64,000 bases of DNA from an uncultured Porphyromonadaceae bacterium (GTDB taxonomy: Bacteria > Bacteroidota > Bacteroidia > Bacteroidales > UBA12481), in NCBI GenBank assembly GCA_964512915.1, contig CAZEKJ010000004.1:41347-105346 (forward strand), read 5' to 3'. A model generated the notes under the pieces. The model was not told the DNA's origin. It worked only from the letters and a program-made list of their open reading frames with translations, and searched no databases. This document shows, piece by piece, positions 1-9,586 of the stretch. How positions within the stretch are numbered: the first letter of the stretch is position 1; each line of letters begins with the position of its first letter. The position numbers and the translations under genes are program-made.

Positions 1-1080
1 AAATAAATACAATTCCGGCTTGAATTTCTGCTCCGGTCCCTGACGGATCTCCAGTCGGGCCAGACTCCCCTTCATCACGGAAAAATGAGTGTCGCCGGCC
101 CCTTCAGGAGCCTGGTAGTTCCAGATGACCGAAACTTTTACATTAACCCCTTTAAGCTCATAATTAATTTCCCCGTTGCAGGCAACCTGCAGGATCGAAT
201 CGGCATCCACATAAGGAACCAGAAAAGCGGGATAGGCCCCGGAGCCGGTAACCTCGGTAAACTGTCGTGGTTGAATCGCGGTGTTCCATTTCCGGCTGCT
301 GGATATTCTGATATCTTTTTGATAATCAATGATTTGCTCAGGAAAACAGGCCCACTGGACAAGATCGACCAGATGGGTGGTTACATCCACGATGCCCTCC
401 CCTTCCTGCTTCACGTCGAAAAACCAGGCGGGCCTTACCAGTCGTGAGCCGGAAACATATTTGAAAAAATGGTGAACGCTCTCTTTGGTTACGGCGGGAT
501 CATCGGGTGAGCCTTTCAGAAGCTCCCCGAAAACCTCCGTAATGTGCGAGATTTCCTTCTGCAGGATCGAACTGATCTCAAAGCGCTCGGTCATGATATC
601 ATAAAGCAACAATCCTTTTTCTTCGGCGGTTTTGAATGCCTGTTGCAGGATGGCAAAATCTTCTGAATTGATTGCCATCGGCTTATCGGAAAAAATATTC
701 AGGCCGCTCTCAATGGCTCTCCCTATGTATTCCGTTTTTCGTTCATTATTTCCTGCGAGAACCAGTACATTTCCCGGTTTCTCCTTCAGCATCCGGTTAA
801 AAAAATCAGGGCCGGTTACGCTTTTCAGGTTCCATTTAGCCGGATCGGCCTCCCGGGTCCGGTACCCTTCCACCCGTTTTTTAAAATCAGAGAGTTCCGG
901 CCCATCCGGTGCATATACGTAAACACTTGAATCCACCCCGGGATACATCGATTTCAGCACCAGCGCCGCATGAAAATGGCCCGGCTCCGCAACCATTAAG
1001 GTTACGGTTTGATCCGGCTTTTTTCCTTCGCAAGAAATCATCAATAATGATATAGAAAACAGGTACAGTATTTTTTTCAT
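1..1080 (-). CDS. Lipoprotein, possibly related to Gfo/Idh/MocA-type oxidoreductases; 3' end cut by window edge
   Basis: Absent from the ORF track because there is no stop inside the window. Manual minus-strand translation from ATG at 1080-1078 stays open in frame to base 1: MKKILYLFSISLLMISCEGKKPDQTVTLMVAEPGHFHAALV... Lipobox LMISC. Family assignment rests on general resemblance only. Confidence 0.5.
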   Translation of the reverse strand, partial: MKKILYLFSISLLMISCEGKKPDQTVTLMVAEPGHFHAALVLKSMYPGVDSSVYVYAPDGPELSDFKKRVEGYRTREADPAKWNLKSVTGPDFFNRMLKEKPGNVLVLAGNNERKTEYIGRAIESGLNIFSDKPMAINSEDFAILQQAFKTAEEKGLLLYDIMTERFEISSILQKEISHITEVFGELLKGSPDDPAVTKESVHHFFKYVSGSRLVRPAWFFDVKQEGEGIVDVTTHLVDLVQWACFPEQIIDYQKDIRISSSRKWNTAIQPRQFTEVTGSGAYPAFLVPYVDADSILQVACNGEINYELKGVNVKVSVIWNYQAPEGAGDTHFSVMKGSLARLEIRQGPEQKFKPELYLF

Positions 1081-1112
1081 GAATGCCCGAATTAATACAA
1101 CCCAAAACGCCA

Positions 1113-1146
1113 GAACCACGGGTCTACGGGAGGACCACGGGTCTTC
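1113..1146. repeat. Direct repeat of a GACC-ACG-GGTC mini-hairpin motif
   Basis: gaaccacgggtct (1113-1125) and ggaccacgggtct (1132-1144). The same GGACC-NNN-GGTCC core recurs at 5814-5832 and 16744-16762. Confidence 0.8.
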
Positions 1147-1183
1147 CCCTACCACGCACCACACCCACACTCACACTCCCCCA

Positions 1184-1214
1184 TGCCCTTGTGCCCTTGT
1201 GCCCTTGTGCCCTA
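1184..1214. repeat. 8-mer tandem array (GCCCTTGT) x3.5
   Basis: tgcccttgtgcccttgtgcccttgtgccct runs into the stop codon (1212-1214) of the oxidoreductase gene. Confidence 0.9.
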
Positions 1215-2627
1215 TAGCCCCAGGCTATCCGTCCCCCACGGCTTCCTCTGTTCCCTCCTCAGCAGCGCATTTGCCGCGTCGCTGTTGGTAAACCTTTCGT
1301 GTACCGGATCCCACTGCAGTTTCTTCGGAATCTTCATGGCGATATGACTCAGCAGGCAGGCCGAGCAGGAGCGGTGGGCGACCTCAACCGGCGCGATGGG
1401 CTGCTGGCGGGTTCGCATGGAGTCGATCCAGTTGCCGTAATGATTTGTGCTTTTAACCAGATGCATTTCATCGGGTCCGATCACGCTGGTTAGTAACTTC
1501 GGATCGCGGGCATCCAGTGACTTTTTGTTGGCATCGAAAGTTACCGGGTCGCTTTTTGTAGCCTGATAATTGCCCCTTGTAACAAAGATCCAGCCCTCGC
1601 TCCCTTCGAACTTCACCCCGTTCGGGCGGTCGCCGCTGACGAACATGGTTACTCCGTTAGCGTATTTGGCCTTAACCTCAAAGTCACCGTGCACATTCCA
1701 CAGTCCGCTTTTGGGGAAACTTGCTTTTGCCTCGATCTCAACGGGGCCCGTATATTCGGTTCCCATTCCCCAGTGGGCTATATCCAGATGGTGAGCACCC
1801 CAGCCGGTGATCATCCCGGCGCCGAACTGCTCGCAGCGGAGCCAGCCGGGACGGCTGTAGTCGGCCTGCGGGTGCACACGTTTTTCGGTATAAAACACTT
1901 TCTCGGTCGACCCCAGCCACATATCATAATTCAGGTTTTTCGGCACAGGCATCTCCGGTTCAACCTCACCGCCCGGATCGCCCGGCAAGCCGATCTGGAT
2001 GGTGTGCAGCTTTCCGATCCGCCCGTTACGAACCAGTTCACAGGCATATCGGAACTGTTCCGATGAACGCTGCTGGCTGCCGATCTGGAAAATAACCCCG
2101 GACCGGTGAACCGCATCGCTCAACTGCCGGCCTTCGGCAATGGTTAAGGAGGTTGGTTTTTGCAGATAGATATCCTTTCCGGCAAGGGCCGCCTCAATGG
2201 CCGGCTGGGAATGCCAGTGATCGGGAGTACTGATGATCACGGCATCAATATCAGCCTTCATGATCATCTCCCGATAATCCTCGAATAGCTTTACGTCCAC
2301 CTCTTTACGTCCATATTTCTTCATATAGAACGCCTCTATGAACTGCTTTCCCTCGCCCACCCGTTTGGAGTCGAGGTCACAGGCCGCCACAAAGCGGACG
2401 GCATCAAACGGCAGGGCGCCTGGCATATCGGCCTCTCGGGCGATCCTGCCGCAGCCGATCTGGCCGATCCGGATCAGGTTGCTCGGGGCACTTTTACCAA
2501 AAACAGTTGATGGAACGATGGTCGGAATGATAATGGTTCCCGCGGCGGCCAGGCCACTAAGGCGCAAAAACTTCCGGCGATCAAGGCGTTGATGTTTCAT
2601 ATAGTAAGGGTTATAGTATGAACGCAT
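1212..2627 (-). CDS. Gfo/Idh/MocA family oxidoreductase with Tat signal
   Basis: 471-aa ORF. Twin-arginine motif DRRKFLRLSGLAAAG. Rossmann motif GQIGCGRIA and the typical Gfo/Idh/MocA C-terminal half. The start may instead be the ATG at 2600 (MKHQRLDRRKF). Confidence 0.85.
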   Translation of the reverse strand: MRSYYNPYYMKHQRLDRRKFLRLSGLAAAGTIIIPTIVPSTVFGKSAPSNLIRIGQIGCGRIAREADMPGALPFDAVRFVAACDLDSKRVGEGKQFIEAFYMKKYGRKEVDVKLFEDYREMIMKADIDAVIISTPDHWHSQPAIEAALAGKDIYLQKPTSLTIAEGRQLSDAVHRSGVIFQIGSQQRSSEQFRYACELVRNGRIGKLHTIQIGLPGDPGGEVEPEMPVPKNLNYDMWLGSTEKVFYTEKRVHPQADYSRPGWLRCEQFGAGMITGWGAHHLDIAHWGMGTEYTGPVEIEAKASFPKSGLWNVHGDFEVKAKYANGVTMFVSGDRPNGVKFEGSEGWIFVTRGNYQATKSDPVTFDANKKSLDARDPKLLTSVIGPDEMHLVKSTNHYGNWIDSMRTRQQPIAPVEVAHRSCSACLLSHIAMKIPKKLQWDPVHERFTNSDAANALLRREQRKPWGTDSLGL

Positions 2628-2670
2628 TTATGCGTTCCCACGAAGATACAAACTAAACCGAATCCACTAT

Positions 2671-2743
2671 GTCATCCCGACGAAAGTCGGGATCCCCAGC
2701 CTCGGAGCAAATGTCAGGAGATCCCGATTTCCATCGGGATGAC
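2671..2743. repeat. Twin tetraloop hairpins (GAAA-loop family), inverted pair
   Basis: H1 gtc-atcccgac-gaaa-gtcgggat (2671-2693). H2 atcccgat-ttcc-atcgggat-gac (2721-2743). Outer gtcat/atgac ends are complementary. The same architecture occurs at 35129-35184 and 62428-62499. Confidence 0.9.
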
Positions 2744-2755
2744 AACCCTCAGGCC

Positions 2756-2785
2756 TAACCAGTAACCAGCAACCAGCAACCAGTC
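2756..2785. repeat. RGYAACY heptamer array
   Basis: taacc agtaacc agcaacc agcaacc ag, ending at the stop codon of ORF 2786. Confidence 0.9.
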
Positions 2786-3478
2786 TCACTCCTGCCGCCA
2801 CTTCCGCCTCACATGTTTCACGGTCTGGGTGCCGGTAAAGACGGTGTACCCGAAGGTGCCTCCGCCGGCCCGGATCACCTCACGCACGAAGCGGGTGCAA
2901 TACATATGGGTAGGTGCGCCGTAAAAAAGGAATTGCTGATCCTCAACCTCGGTGGCCTTCGCTACCATCCGCTTTAGATCAAGATTGTATACAATGGCGG
3001 TATGGATGGCCCCGTAAGATCTGAAAAACTTCTTGGCTCCCAGGTGTACCAGGACAGTATCCAGGTTGGAGATCCATCCGTTTTCAAGCCGCGCCTTAAT
3101 TTTCAGTTTCAATTCCGGCACGTGCCGGGCCGACCGCACCGTTCCGTAAAACTCCGGCCGCGGGCCCATCTGGTCGCGGCGATCGTCATACCGGCCAAAG
3201 TCATAATAACTAAGGTCACCGGTGGTGCCGTCTACCAGGATCACACCGGTATGGCCAACATTCGCATAATTATCTTTGTTGAAGTCAAACACATGTGCCC
3301 AAAAATTCCAGAAACTCCGGTATTGCGGGATCAGGATAGGCTTTTCGGGAAAATTCACCACAATGGCCATATCGCGGTTATCACGGCGGCCGGGAGGTTC
3401 CCGTAACGGATTCTCAGCCGGCAGCAAGCCAGGCAGGCATAAAAAAACAAGCAGTATGGAAAGCCGCAAAAGTTTCAT
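2786..3478 (-). CDS. Secreted hypothetical protein
   Basis: ORF 2786-3493; I prefer the ATG at 3478 (MKLLRLSILLVFLCLPGLLPAENP signal peptide). No family recognised with confidence. Confidence 0.5.
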   Translation of the reverse strand: MKLLRLSILLVFLCLPGLLPAENPLREPPGRRDNRDMAIVVNFPEKPILIPQYRSFWNFWAHVFDFNKDNYANVGHTGVILVDGTTGDLSYYDFGRYDDRRDQMGPRPEFYGTVRSARHVPELKLKIKARLENGWISNLDTVLVHLGAKKFFRSYGAIHTAIVYNLDLKRMVAKATEVEDQQFLFYGAPTHMYCTRFVREVIRAGGGTFGYTVFTGTQTVKHVRRKWRQE

Positions 3479-3504
3479 AAAAATCTGCGGCAAATATAAT
3501 AAGG

Positions 3505-5685
3505 TCAGCCGATAGTCAGGTACCGGAGCTGGTCAAGCATGATCGGGATATCATCGGCATCCACCCCGTGGCGAACCAGCTGCTCCCGGTCAGCATCAAA
3601 AAGACTGATGAATTCATCCATATCAATAACACCGCTTATCATGCTCTGCCTGTATCTTTCGAGTGCGGCTTCCCGATTCCCCTGGCACCATTCAAGGTGA
3701 CCGAGGTTTATGAAATCGAAATGACTGGGCTCTTTCTCCAGCAGTTTCTCATAATATTTTCTCGCCTGATCGAATTTTCCGAGCACAAACGAGCACCATG
3801 CAATCGGTCGCCAAACCTTTGTGTTCTCGGGCGACAGATACTCCACCTTGAAATAGGAACGGAGCGCTTCCTCGAAATTCTGAAGGTCCAGCAGGCAGTG
3901 GCCAATGGAAACCTGGGTACTGAGATCCTCTGAATCAAACAGTTCAGCCTGGCGGTAGTATTGAAGGGCATTATCGGGCTGCTTCAGGTACCGGTAACAA
4001 AGTCCTATTTTCTTGAGGTTCCAGATATTCTCAGGGAGCATCAGATCGGCCTTCAGATAATAATCCAATGCTTTCTGGAAATTACCGGTCTTCTGCCAGG
4101 CAAAACCTGATTTTTGCAGTACCTCGGCACTCATATCGCCTGCCTGCTCAAGCACTCCGAAAGCCTCTGCGGCCTCCCGGTAGTTCTTTTTCTGAAGGTA
4201 GAATCCCGCGATGGCATATAATGATTTGGAATCTCCCCGGAAAAGATCCCGGTAGAAATCCTTACGGTAAAAATCAAGTTTCCATCCGAAGAAATCATCA
4301 AAACCCTGCCGGTCGGGATAGAGTCTGAAAAACCGGTACAAATCCTGGGTGTACTGCCGGATCACTCTCCGCGACTGCTGCTGCGGGTCAATGAGCTTAT
4401 CGTCGTCGAGCATCTCCTTCAACTGGTCTGCTTCCGCTTTTAACCCGTCCGAGAGGAACTTCTGCATATCGGCCGGCATGCTGCGGATGCCGAAACAGAT
4501 ACTATATTTATCGGAATTGCATAAATAAAAACTTCGCTCAACCGATTCCAGGAATCCCTTCATCCAGGCAAACTCGCCCGAATTTTCCAGGGAGCCTATT
4601 TCGGGATGGTCGAGCGTGAACGGGAAAAACCAGTTGATCAGGTGCCGGAAGAAGGGGAAGCCTTTCAGGTTCTGGAAGGTGCCGATGAAAACGTCATCCC
4701 CTTCCATCTGCATCTCCGTGAGCTCCTGCATTTTATCCTTCAACCCGGGGGTGTCTTCAAATATCTCCTGCCATTCCGGGTTCTGATCATCCTTGAGGCT
4801 GTCTCCAAGAAGTTTATCGAGGTCCAGCTTGTTCCGGATCTGCGGGGTGAGCCGGATCATTTCGGGAAGAATCTCCTCCTGCATGCGGCGGCTGAGATTA
4901 TCGGTATCCCGGCTGCGGATCAGCTGCATGATCACCTCCTTGACCAGGAGCTTGAACTCCGGGTTTTCATCCATTACAAGGAGCCTCCCCCGTATTGCCG
5001 GATACCAGGCCAACCGGGCATCATATCGTGAAAAGGCCAGAAGCAGCCCGATCAAAGCACGCTGGCGTATCTCCTCATTCTCCTGCTCGAAGAAGCTGAA
5101 CAGCAGATTAAACTTGCGCTTGTCAAAATATCGGAATAAACTGAAATTCAAAGCAGTAACCATTAAGGCTTTTTCAGGAACCGACAGGGCTTTTGAATCC
5201 CGTGTCAACTCCACCAGGCGAACCTCCCGCTCACGGTATTCATCCGTCAGCCAGACCAGGTGGAAAAGGCGGGAGAGGTCCCGCATATATTCAGGCTGAT
5301 CCGGATTCAGCAGATCGGGGTCATCGAGATAATTCTGGATGAAAGTTTCCAGACCGGGATCATCGCGGAAAATTCGTTTCCTCACATACACATATTCCGT
5401 GGATACGCGGGTCAGCAGGCTTGAAGCCGCCCGGTCGTTGATTTCATATAAGTCCGATACAATTTTCCGGTAAATTTTCTGCCGCTCAGGGTCTTTGATT
5501 CCCTGCACGGTGTAGTTCAGCATGTACCGGTAGGTGGTGTCGATTTGTCCGAGCTCCTCCAGGGAAGCCTGCGCGCCGGTTTCCGCCAGCATAGGCCGGA
5601 GTTCGGCCATGGCCTCTTTCAGCCGCTTCACTGACAAAAGGTCATGAATCCGGCGCGCGGTGCTGAGAATTTCTTTTTCGTTCAT
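3505..5685 (-). CDS. TPR repeat-containing protein
   Basis: ORF 3505-5715 opens with TTG; the first ATG is at 5685 (MNEKEILSTARR). The C-terminal third has repeated TPR-like A/Y/L heptads (ALDYYLKA, ALQYYRQA, ALRSYFKV, ARKYYEKLL). Confidence 0.7.
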   Translation of the reverse strand: MNEKEILSTARRIHDLLSVKRLKEAMAELRPMLAETGAQASLEELGQIDTTYRYMLNYTVQGIKDPERQKIYRKIVSDLYEINDRAASSLLTRVSTEYVYVRKRIFRDDPGLETFIQNYLDDPDLLNPDQPEYMRDLSRLFHLVWLTDEYREREVRLVELTRDSKALSVPEKALMVTALNFSLFRYFDKRKFNLLFSFFEQENEEIRQRALIGLLLAFSRYDARLAWYPAIRGRLLVMDENPEFKLLVKEVIMQLIRSRDTDNLSRRMQEEILPEMIRLTPQIRNKLDLDKLLGDSLKDDQNPEWQEIFEDTPGLKDKMQELTEMQMEGDDVFIGTFQNLKGFPFFRHLINWFFPFTLDHPEIGSLENSGEFAWMKGFLESVERSFYLCNSDKYSICFGIRSMPADMQKFLSDGLKAEADQLKEMLDDDKLIDPQQQSRRVIRQYTQDLYRFFRLYPDRQGFDDFFGWKLDFYRKDFYRDLFRGDSKSLYAIAGFYLQKKNYREAAEAFGVLEQAGDMSAEVLQKSGFAWQKTGNFQKALDYYLKADLMLPENIWNLKKIGLCYRYLKQPDNALQYYRQAELFDSEDLSTQVSIGHCLLDLQNFEEALRSYFKVEYLSPENTKVWRPIAWCSFVLGKFDQARKYYEKLLEKEPSHFDFINLGHLEWCQGNREAALERYRQSMISGVIDMDEFISLFDADREQLVRHGVDADDIPIMLDQLRYLTIG

Positions 5686-5720
5686 ATCAGGATGGAACTG
5701 CAAAAACTGAACCAACGATA

Positions 5721-5752
5721 AGAGGGCAGAAGGCAGAAGGCAGAGGGCAAAA
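5721..5752. repeat. GGCAGRR heptamer array (solo arm)
   Basis: agagggcagaaggcagaaggcagagggcaaaaatcag is nearly identical to the left arm at 59378-59412. No complementary arm in this spacer. Confidence 0.85.
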
Positions 5753-5799
5753 ATCAGTAATAGGGAACAAGGAAGAGGAAAAAAGGAGGCATTTGCGGA

Positions 5800-5840
5800 A
5801 AGGCACGTGTAGCGGAGGACCCGTGGTCCTCCAGTGCCTT
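5800..5840 (-). terminator. GC-rich hairpin directly after the stop of the PKD/FISUMP gene
   Basis: aaggcac...ggaggacc-cgt-ggtcctcc...gtgcctt (inner stem 5814-5832, outer 5800-5806/5834-5840). A T-run follows on the minus strand only after about 25 nt, so terminator function is uncertain. Confidence 0.35.
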
Positions 5841-5841
5841 A

Positions 5842-7662
5842 TCAGTTTTCCTTCACGCACCGCACCGGCATGTAAATATTTGTTGGGCCGTGGCCTACCC
5901 AAAGGCCCTGGGTTGCCCGGTCGGTATTCCACATCCATATATCCGTCCTCAAATTATTGATATCATAAGGCTCCGTGGTTGAGAAGAACCAGGCTTTCTC
6001 ATAGGTTTCCTTGAAATTATAGACAGTATCGTATGGAGAGAATCCGCTGTACAGAACTGTGAACGTTGCGTAGCCCAGGTCCAGTCCGTTGAAATCATAC
6101 TTACCCCCGATCCGCAGCTCCCGGGCGCCCGACTCTCCGCCGACTGTGGTGATCAATGTCTCCCAGTCGTCCTTGGTGGGCAGTCGCCAGCCGGTCGGAC
6201 AAATAGTTACAAATTCATCATCGGCGCGGTTTACCACCACGGCACCGATCCGGTAGAGCTTGCCCACCTGGTCGCACCACCGGCTCTGTTCCATCAGGCA
6301 AATCCACTGGAGAAATCCTCCCGTAAGCTTCTGGGGTACGATAAAGTTCAGGTTTTGCGACATCCACCATTGGTCGCCGATTTTAACCGTACCGTAATGA
6401 TTCCCGTCGCGGGGATCCCTGAAAAAGCTGGTCGGGTTGGTGTTGGACGAAACGATCACACGCTTGCGGTCGGTTGAGGTAAGCCTTTCCTCATCCCGTA
6501 CCTGCAGCCCGATGTAGTATTCTCCCGGGGAGTCAAACTGATGGTAGGTCACCATCTCCCGGGTAAAAGGAGTATCCCAGGCGCCGTCACCATTGAAGTC
6601 CCAGCGCACCTCCAGTTCGCTCGGAGCCTGATAGTCATCCGAAGAGGACCAGGAACTCAGGTAAAACTGCGTGAGAATGTTCCCATAGTTTGACCCTACC
6701 TCGATTTTTGCTTTAGGGGGAAGGTTTTCATCGGCCACAAAAAACTCCTTAGAGATCTCGCTGAACAGGCGTGTTTCACGGTCATAGACCTTTAGCCTGA
6801 TGATCGCCGGGCCCTTTTGCCGGAATATCACGATCTGCTGTTTTTCAGGAACAGGAAGGGTCCACTCTACCCGGTCGGGCAAAAACCATGCGAACAGCAG
6901 TTCCCGGTTCGGGTATTTGAGATGCTTTGAACCCGATGCATCGAAAAGTATTGTGTCGCCCACACGGATGATCGAATCGGAGATAGAAAAATCCGCAACA
7001 ATCAGCGAATCCTCCATGGTTACAATCAGTTCCCGGCTGTAGGTTGCTGTTTTTCCTGCCGGGTCCTTCACTTCCAGTTTCGGCGTATATAAACCGGCAG
7101 CGTAATACTGGTAGCTGGTCACCGGATTTTTAGAGTAGTCCACGGTCCAGTGCCCGTCGCCCCGAAAATCCCATCGGAATTGGAGCTGGTTCAGTGAATC
7201 CTCGTCATCCAGGGTGAGGCTGGCATCAAACACGAATGAGGTCAGGATATTCCCTCTACCGGGAGTAACGGAAAATTCGGGTTTCGGAGCCGAATATCCC
7301 TGCTCCACCTGGACCATGACCTCCCCGGTGGTCAGTTGTTTCTTTCCATCGGCATATTCAAACTTGACCATGGCGTTCCCCGGTTTCAAAAACCGGTGGG
7401 TAACATTTGATGAAGTGCTGAACGGGGTATCCCAGGTTCCGTCGTTGTCCCAGTCCCAGCGGTAAAAGAGGGTCAACCCTTCCTTTTCACCGGTTACCGG
7501 TTCAACCGCTATCGTGAAATTATCCGTAGTCAGGCCTTTAGCCGGCTTAACGCTGATCGTGAGCTCAGGCAATGCCTCCGGATTCTGATCCTTCCTGCAG
7601 CCGGCCGCAATCAGCACAAGCAGAAGGAAAGCACTAAATCCGGAGAGGTACCCTGATCGCAT
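5842..7662 (-). CDS. Lipoprotein with repeated PKD-like domains and a C-terminal FISUMP (Fibrobacter succinogenes major paralogous) domain
   Basis: Lipobox LIAAGC. Four repeats of the W/RWDF-DG-W pattern (YRWDWDNDGTWD, FRWDFRGDGHW, VRWDFNGDGAWD). C-terminus GNHYGTVKIGDQWWMSQNL...GWRLPTKDDWETL is typical of TIGR02145-type domains. Confidence 0.75.
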   Translation of the reverse strand: MRSGYLSGFSAFLLLVLIAAGCRKDQNPEALPELTISVKPAKGLTTDNFTIAVEPVTGEKEGLTLFYRWDWDNDGTWDTPFSTSSNVTHRFLKPGNAMVKFEYADGKKQLTTGEVMVQVEQGYSAPKPEFSVTPGRGNILTSFVFDASLTLDDEDSLNQLQFRWDFRGDGHWTVDYSKNPVTSYQYYAAGLYTPKLEVKDPAGKTATYSRELIVTMEDSLIVADFSISDSIIRVGDTILFDASGSKHLKYPNRELLFAWFLPDRVEWTLPVPEKQQIVIFRQKGPAIIRLKVYDRETRLFSEISKEFFVADENLPPKAKIEVGSNYGNILTQFYLSSWSSSDDYQAPSELEVRWDFNGDGAWDTPFTREMVTYHQFDSPGEYYIGLQVRDEERLTSTDRKRVIVSSNTNPTSFFRDPRDGNHYGTVKIGDQWWMSQNLNFIVPQKLTGGFLQWICLMEQSRWCDQVGKLYRIGAVVVNRADDEFVTICPTGWRLPTKDDWETLITTVGGESGARELRIGGKYDFNGLDLGYATFTVLYSGFSPYDTVYNFKETYEKAWFFSTTEPYDINNLRTDIWMWNTDRATQGLWVGHGPTNIYMPVRCVKEN

Positions 7663-7665
7663 GGC

Positions 7666-8112
7666 TCACTGATTGAAGGTGATTATTTCTTTTATCCGCT
7701 CCCCCTTAACAATGGTGAGTCGGTCCATCGTCCATTTAGTCCCGAACCGGCCTCCGGGAAACCCATCCCAGAGACAGGTATCTCCAAGGCATGAGCAGGT
7801 GATCCCCGCCTGAAAATAGTAATCCCCGGGAGCGAGCCTGAAGGTATAGGTCCGCTCTCGGTCGGAAACGTTCGCACTGATCAGGAAATCCCCGCGGTAC
7901 AGGTTGTAGGCGTTCATGGCCAGGCTCAGGTCGATCCGGTGCACCCCACCGGGAGGAGCATTGCGTTCGGGCAGTGGAAAATCAAACTCCACGGTTCCCA
8001 GGGTGGGATCCGAAGTGGTGCCACCCGGATCCACCGGATCATCCGGATCGCAGGCCGCCAAAAGGATCAAACACACAACCAACCCTCTAATCCACTTATT
8101 TACTCTACTCAT
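7666..8112 (-). CDS. Small lipoprotein, hypothetical
   Basis: 148-aa ORF with lipobox LLAAC. Only 3 nt from the downstream PKD/FISUMP gene, so likely co-transcribed. Confidence 0.5.
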   Translation of the reverse strand: MSRVNKWIRGLVVCLILLAACDPDDPVDPGGTTSDPTLGTVEFDFPLPERNAPPGGVHRIDLSLAMNAYNLYRGDFLISANVSDRERTYTFRLAPGDYYFQAGITCSCLGDTCLWDGFPGGRFGTKWTMDRLTIVKGERIKEIITFNQ

Positions 8113-8133
8113 TACTTAACACTTAATCATTTT

Positions 8134-8180
8134 AATCATCGAATCAACGAATCATCAAATCATCAAATCAACGAATCAAC
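8134..8180. repeat. 8-mer tandem array (AATCAWCR) x6
   Basis: aatcatcg aatcaacg aatcatca aatcatca aatcaacg aatcaac. Covers the stop and last three codons of ORF 8168-9196. Confidence 0.9.
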
Positions 8181-9196
8181 TGCATCTCTCCTCCGTGAAC
8201 ATCCCTGAATCCCAGCTGTTGTGTTAATTCACTATGTGCCAATTCATTGACTGTTGTATTGGACAATTGAAGGTTATTTACGCTGGTTATCTGGATGGAG
8301 CTGAAAACCCCGGCCGCATTCACCAGATTGGTATACTGGTTGAGCGTATTGGAAATGGTGGTCTCCTGCAGGTCGGGAGAGACCAGCAAAGCCAGTTCCT
8401 CGCCGCCTTTGAAGAGACGATACTGCACATTGATCATATCCCTTACTACTGCCTGCTTAACCGGTACCTGCCTCACCATCTCCTCCAGAAAACGGTTCCC
8501 GCTGAACAGGTCGGTAATCTCTATTTCCTGTCCCAGTGACAGGATCGGACTCATCCGGATGACTACCTGATTCTGTGTGACTTCTCCTGATATTGAATCC
8601 TGATAATTAATGACGAATTCGCCCTGAAACACCCCATTCCCCTCACCGGGCGCCCATCGGGAGGTAAACTGGACACCGGTCTGAAGATTGATTTTCCTTC
8701 CCGGGATCTCCATCGGGTCATAAACCACCGGCCGCTGAGGCGGGATGGTTGTGCCCGTAACGATCCGGTCATCATCGGGAAAATGGACATACAGGCGGTA
8801 TTCCGTTCCCCTTTTCGGTATGAAACCGCATTTGAACAACCTGATATTGTCGGCCGGAAAGTATCCGGAATCCTTTGGCGGGGCCGCTGCCGGCTCAAAG
8901 CGAAAGATACGGGCCGGCATCCCGTTCGCCCACTCCTCCACATATACCACAACATCCAGGTTCCAGACGGTTGAGTCAGTAACCGGAGCTGCACCCGGAT
9001 CAGCCGGATCGGGCAGGTAGCTCCGCCCCAGCCTCACAAACTGTTCATCCACATCGGGATTCAGCAAACACCAGACCACCGGAACCGGATCGGATTCGAT
9101 ATTCAGATCGATCTCATTGGAGCAAGAGGAATGCAATAAGAGCAGGGAAACCGCCCCAAGGAAATAACCAACCGGATTTCTTAAAAATCGAAACAT
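8168..9196 (-). CDS. DUF4249-like lipoprotein
   Basis: ORF 8168-9238; ATG at 9196 gives MFRFLRNPVGYFLGAVSLLLLHSSC (lipobox). The N-terminal pattern (C..IDL......PVVWCLL.P....FVRL) resembles DUF4249. The last codons and the stop lie in an 8-mer array. Confidence 0.5.
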   Translation of the reverse strand: MFRFLRNPVGYFLGAVSLLLLHSSCSNEIDLNIESDPVPVVWCLLNPDVDEQFVRLGRSYLPDPADPGAAPVTDSTVWNLDVVVYVEEWANGMPARIFRFEPAAAPPKDSGYFPADNIRLFKCGFIPKRGTEYRLYVHFPDDDRIVTGTTIPPQRPVVYDPMEIPGRKINLQTGVQFTSRWAPGEGNGVFQGEFVINYQDSISGEVTQNQVVIRMSPILSLGQEIEITDLFSGNRFLEEMVRQVPVKQAVVRDMINVQYRLFKGGEELALLVSPDLQETTISNTLNQYTNLVNAAGVFSSIQITSVNNLQLSNTTVNELAHSELTQQLGFRDVHGGEMQLIR

Positions 9197-9259
9197 TCGA
9201 GTCGGATAAATAACCGAAAGTCTGTGGGGGCTGATCAAAGGTAGTGAATATTCTTATAT

Positions 9260-9540
9260 CCACCTCAACCCCGGTCCCCATAGCCGTCAACCTAAGGGAT
9301 TTCCATCTAGATAAACAAGGGCAAGAGGGCAAAAAGGCAGGAGTGCAAAAAGTAAAGGTTTAATAAGAAAAGACTTAAGTTGTAAGTGTGACCATCGGCA
9401 AGTGTGTGGTTTACTTTTTATTTTGCATGACTTAAAACTTTACTTCTTGTCTTTTTGCCCTCTTGCCCTTTTGCCCTAAGCCGGTTAGGCAGCCGAAATA
9501 TCCCTTAGGTTGACGGCTATGGGGTCGGGCGTTGAGGTGG
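9260..9540. repeat. 281-bp nested inverted-repeat element (outer 40-bp arms; inner GGGCAAR arms; AT-rich core)
   Basis: Outer arms 9260-9299 and 9501-9540 (ccacctcaac...catagccgtcaacctaaggga and its complement, about 4 mismatches). Inner arms 9315-9358 and 9438-9476 (gggcaagagggcaaaaag... / ctttttgccctcttgccc). The core contains agtaaagg and cttaag motifs shared with other copies. Confidence 0.9.
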
Positions 9541-9586
9541 ATCAGCACGAAAACAAGTACCTTCGCTACCCAAAAGACCAGCACGC

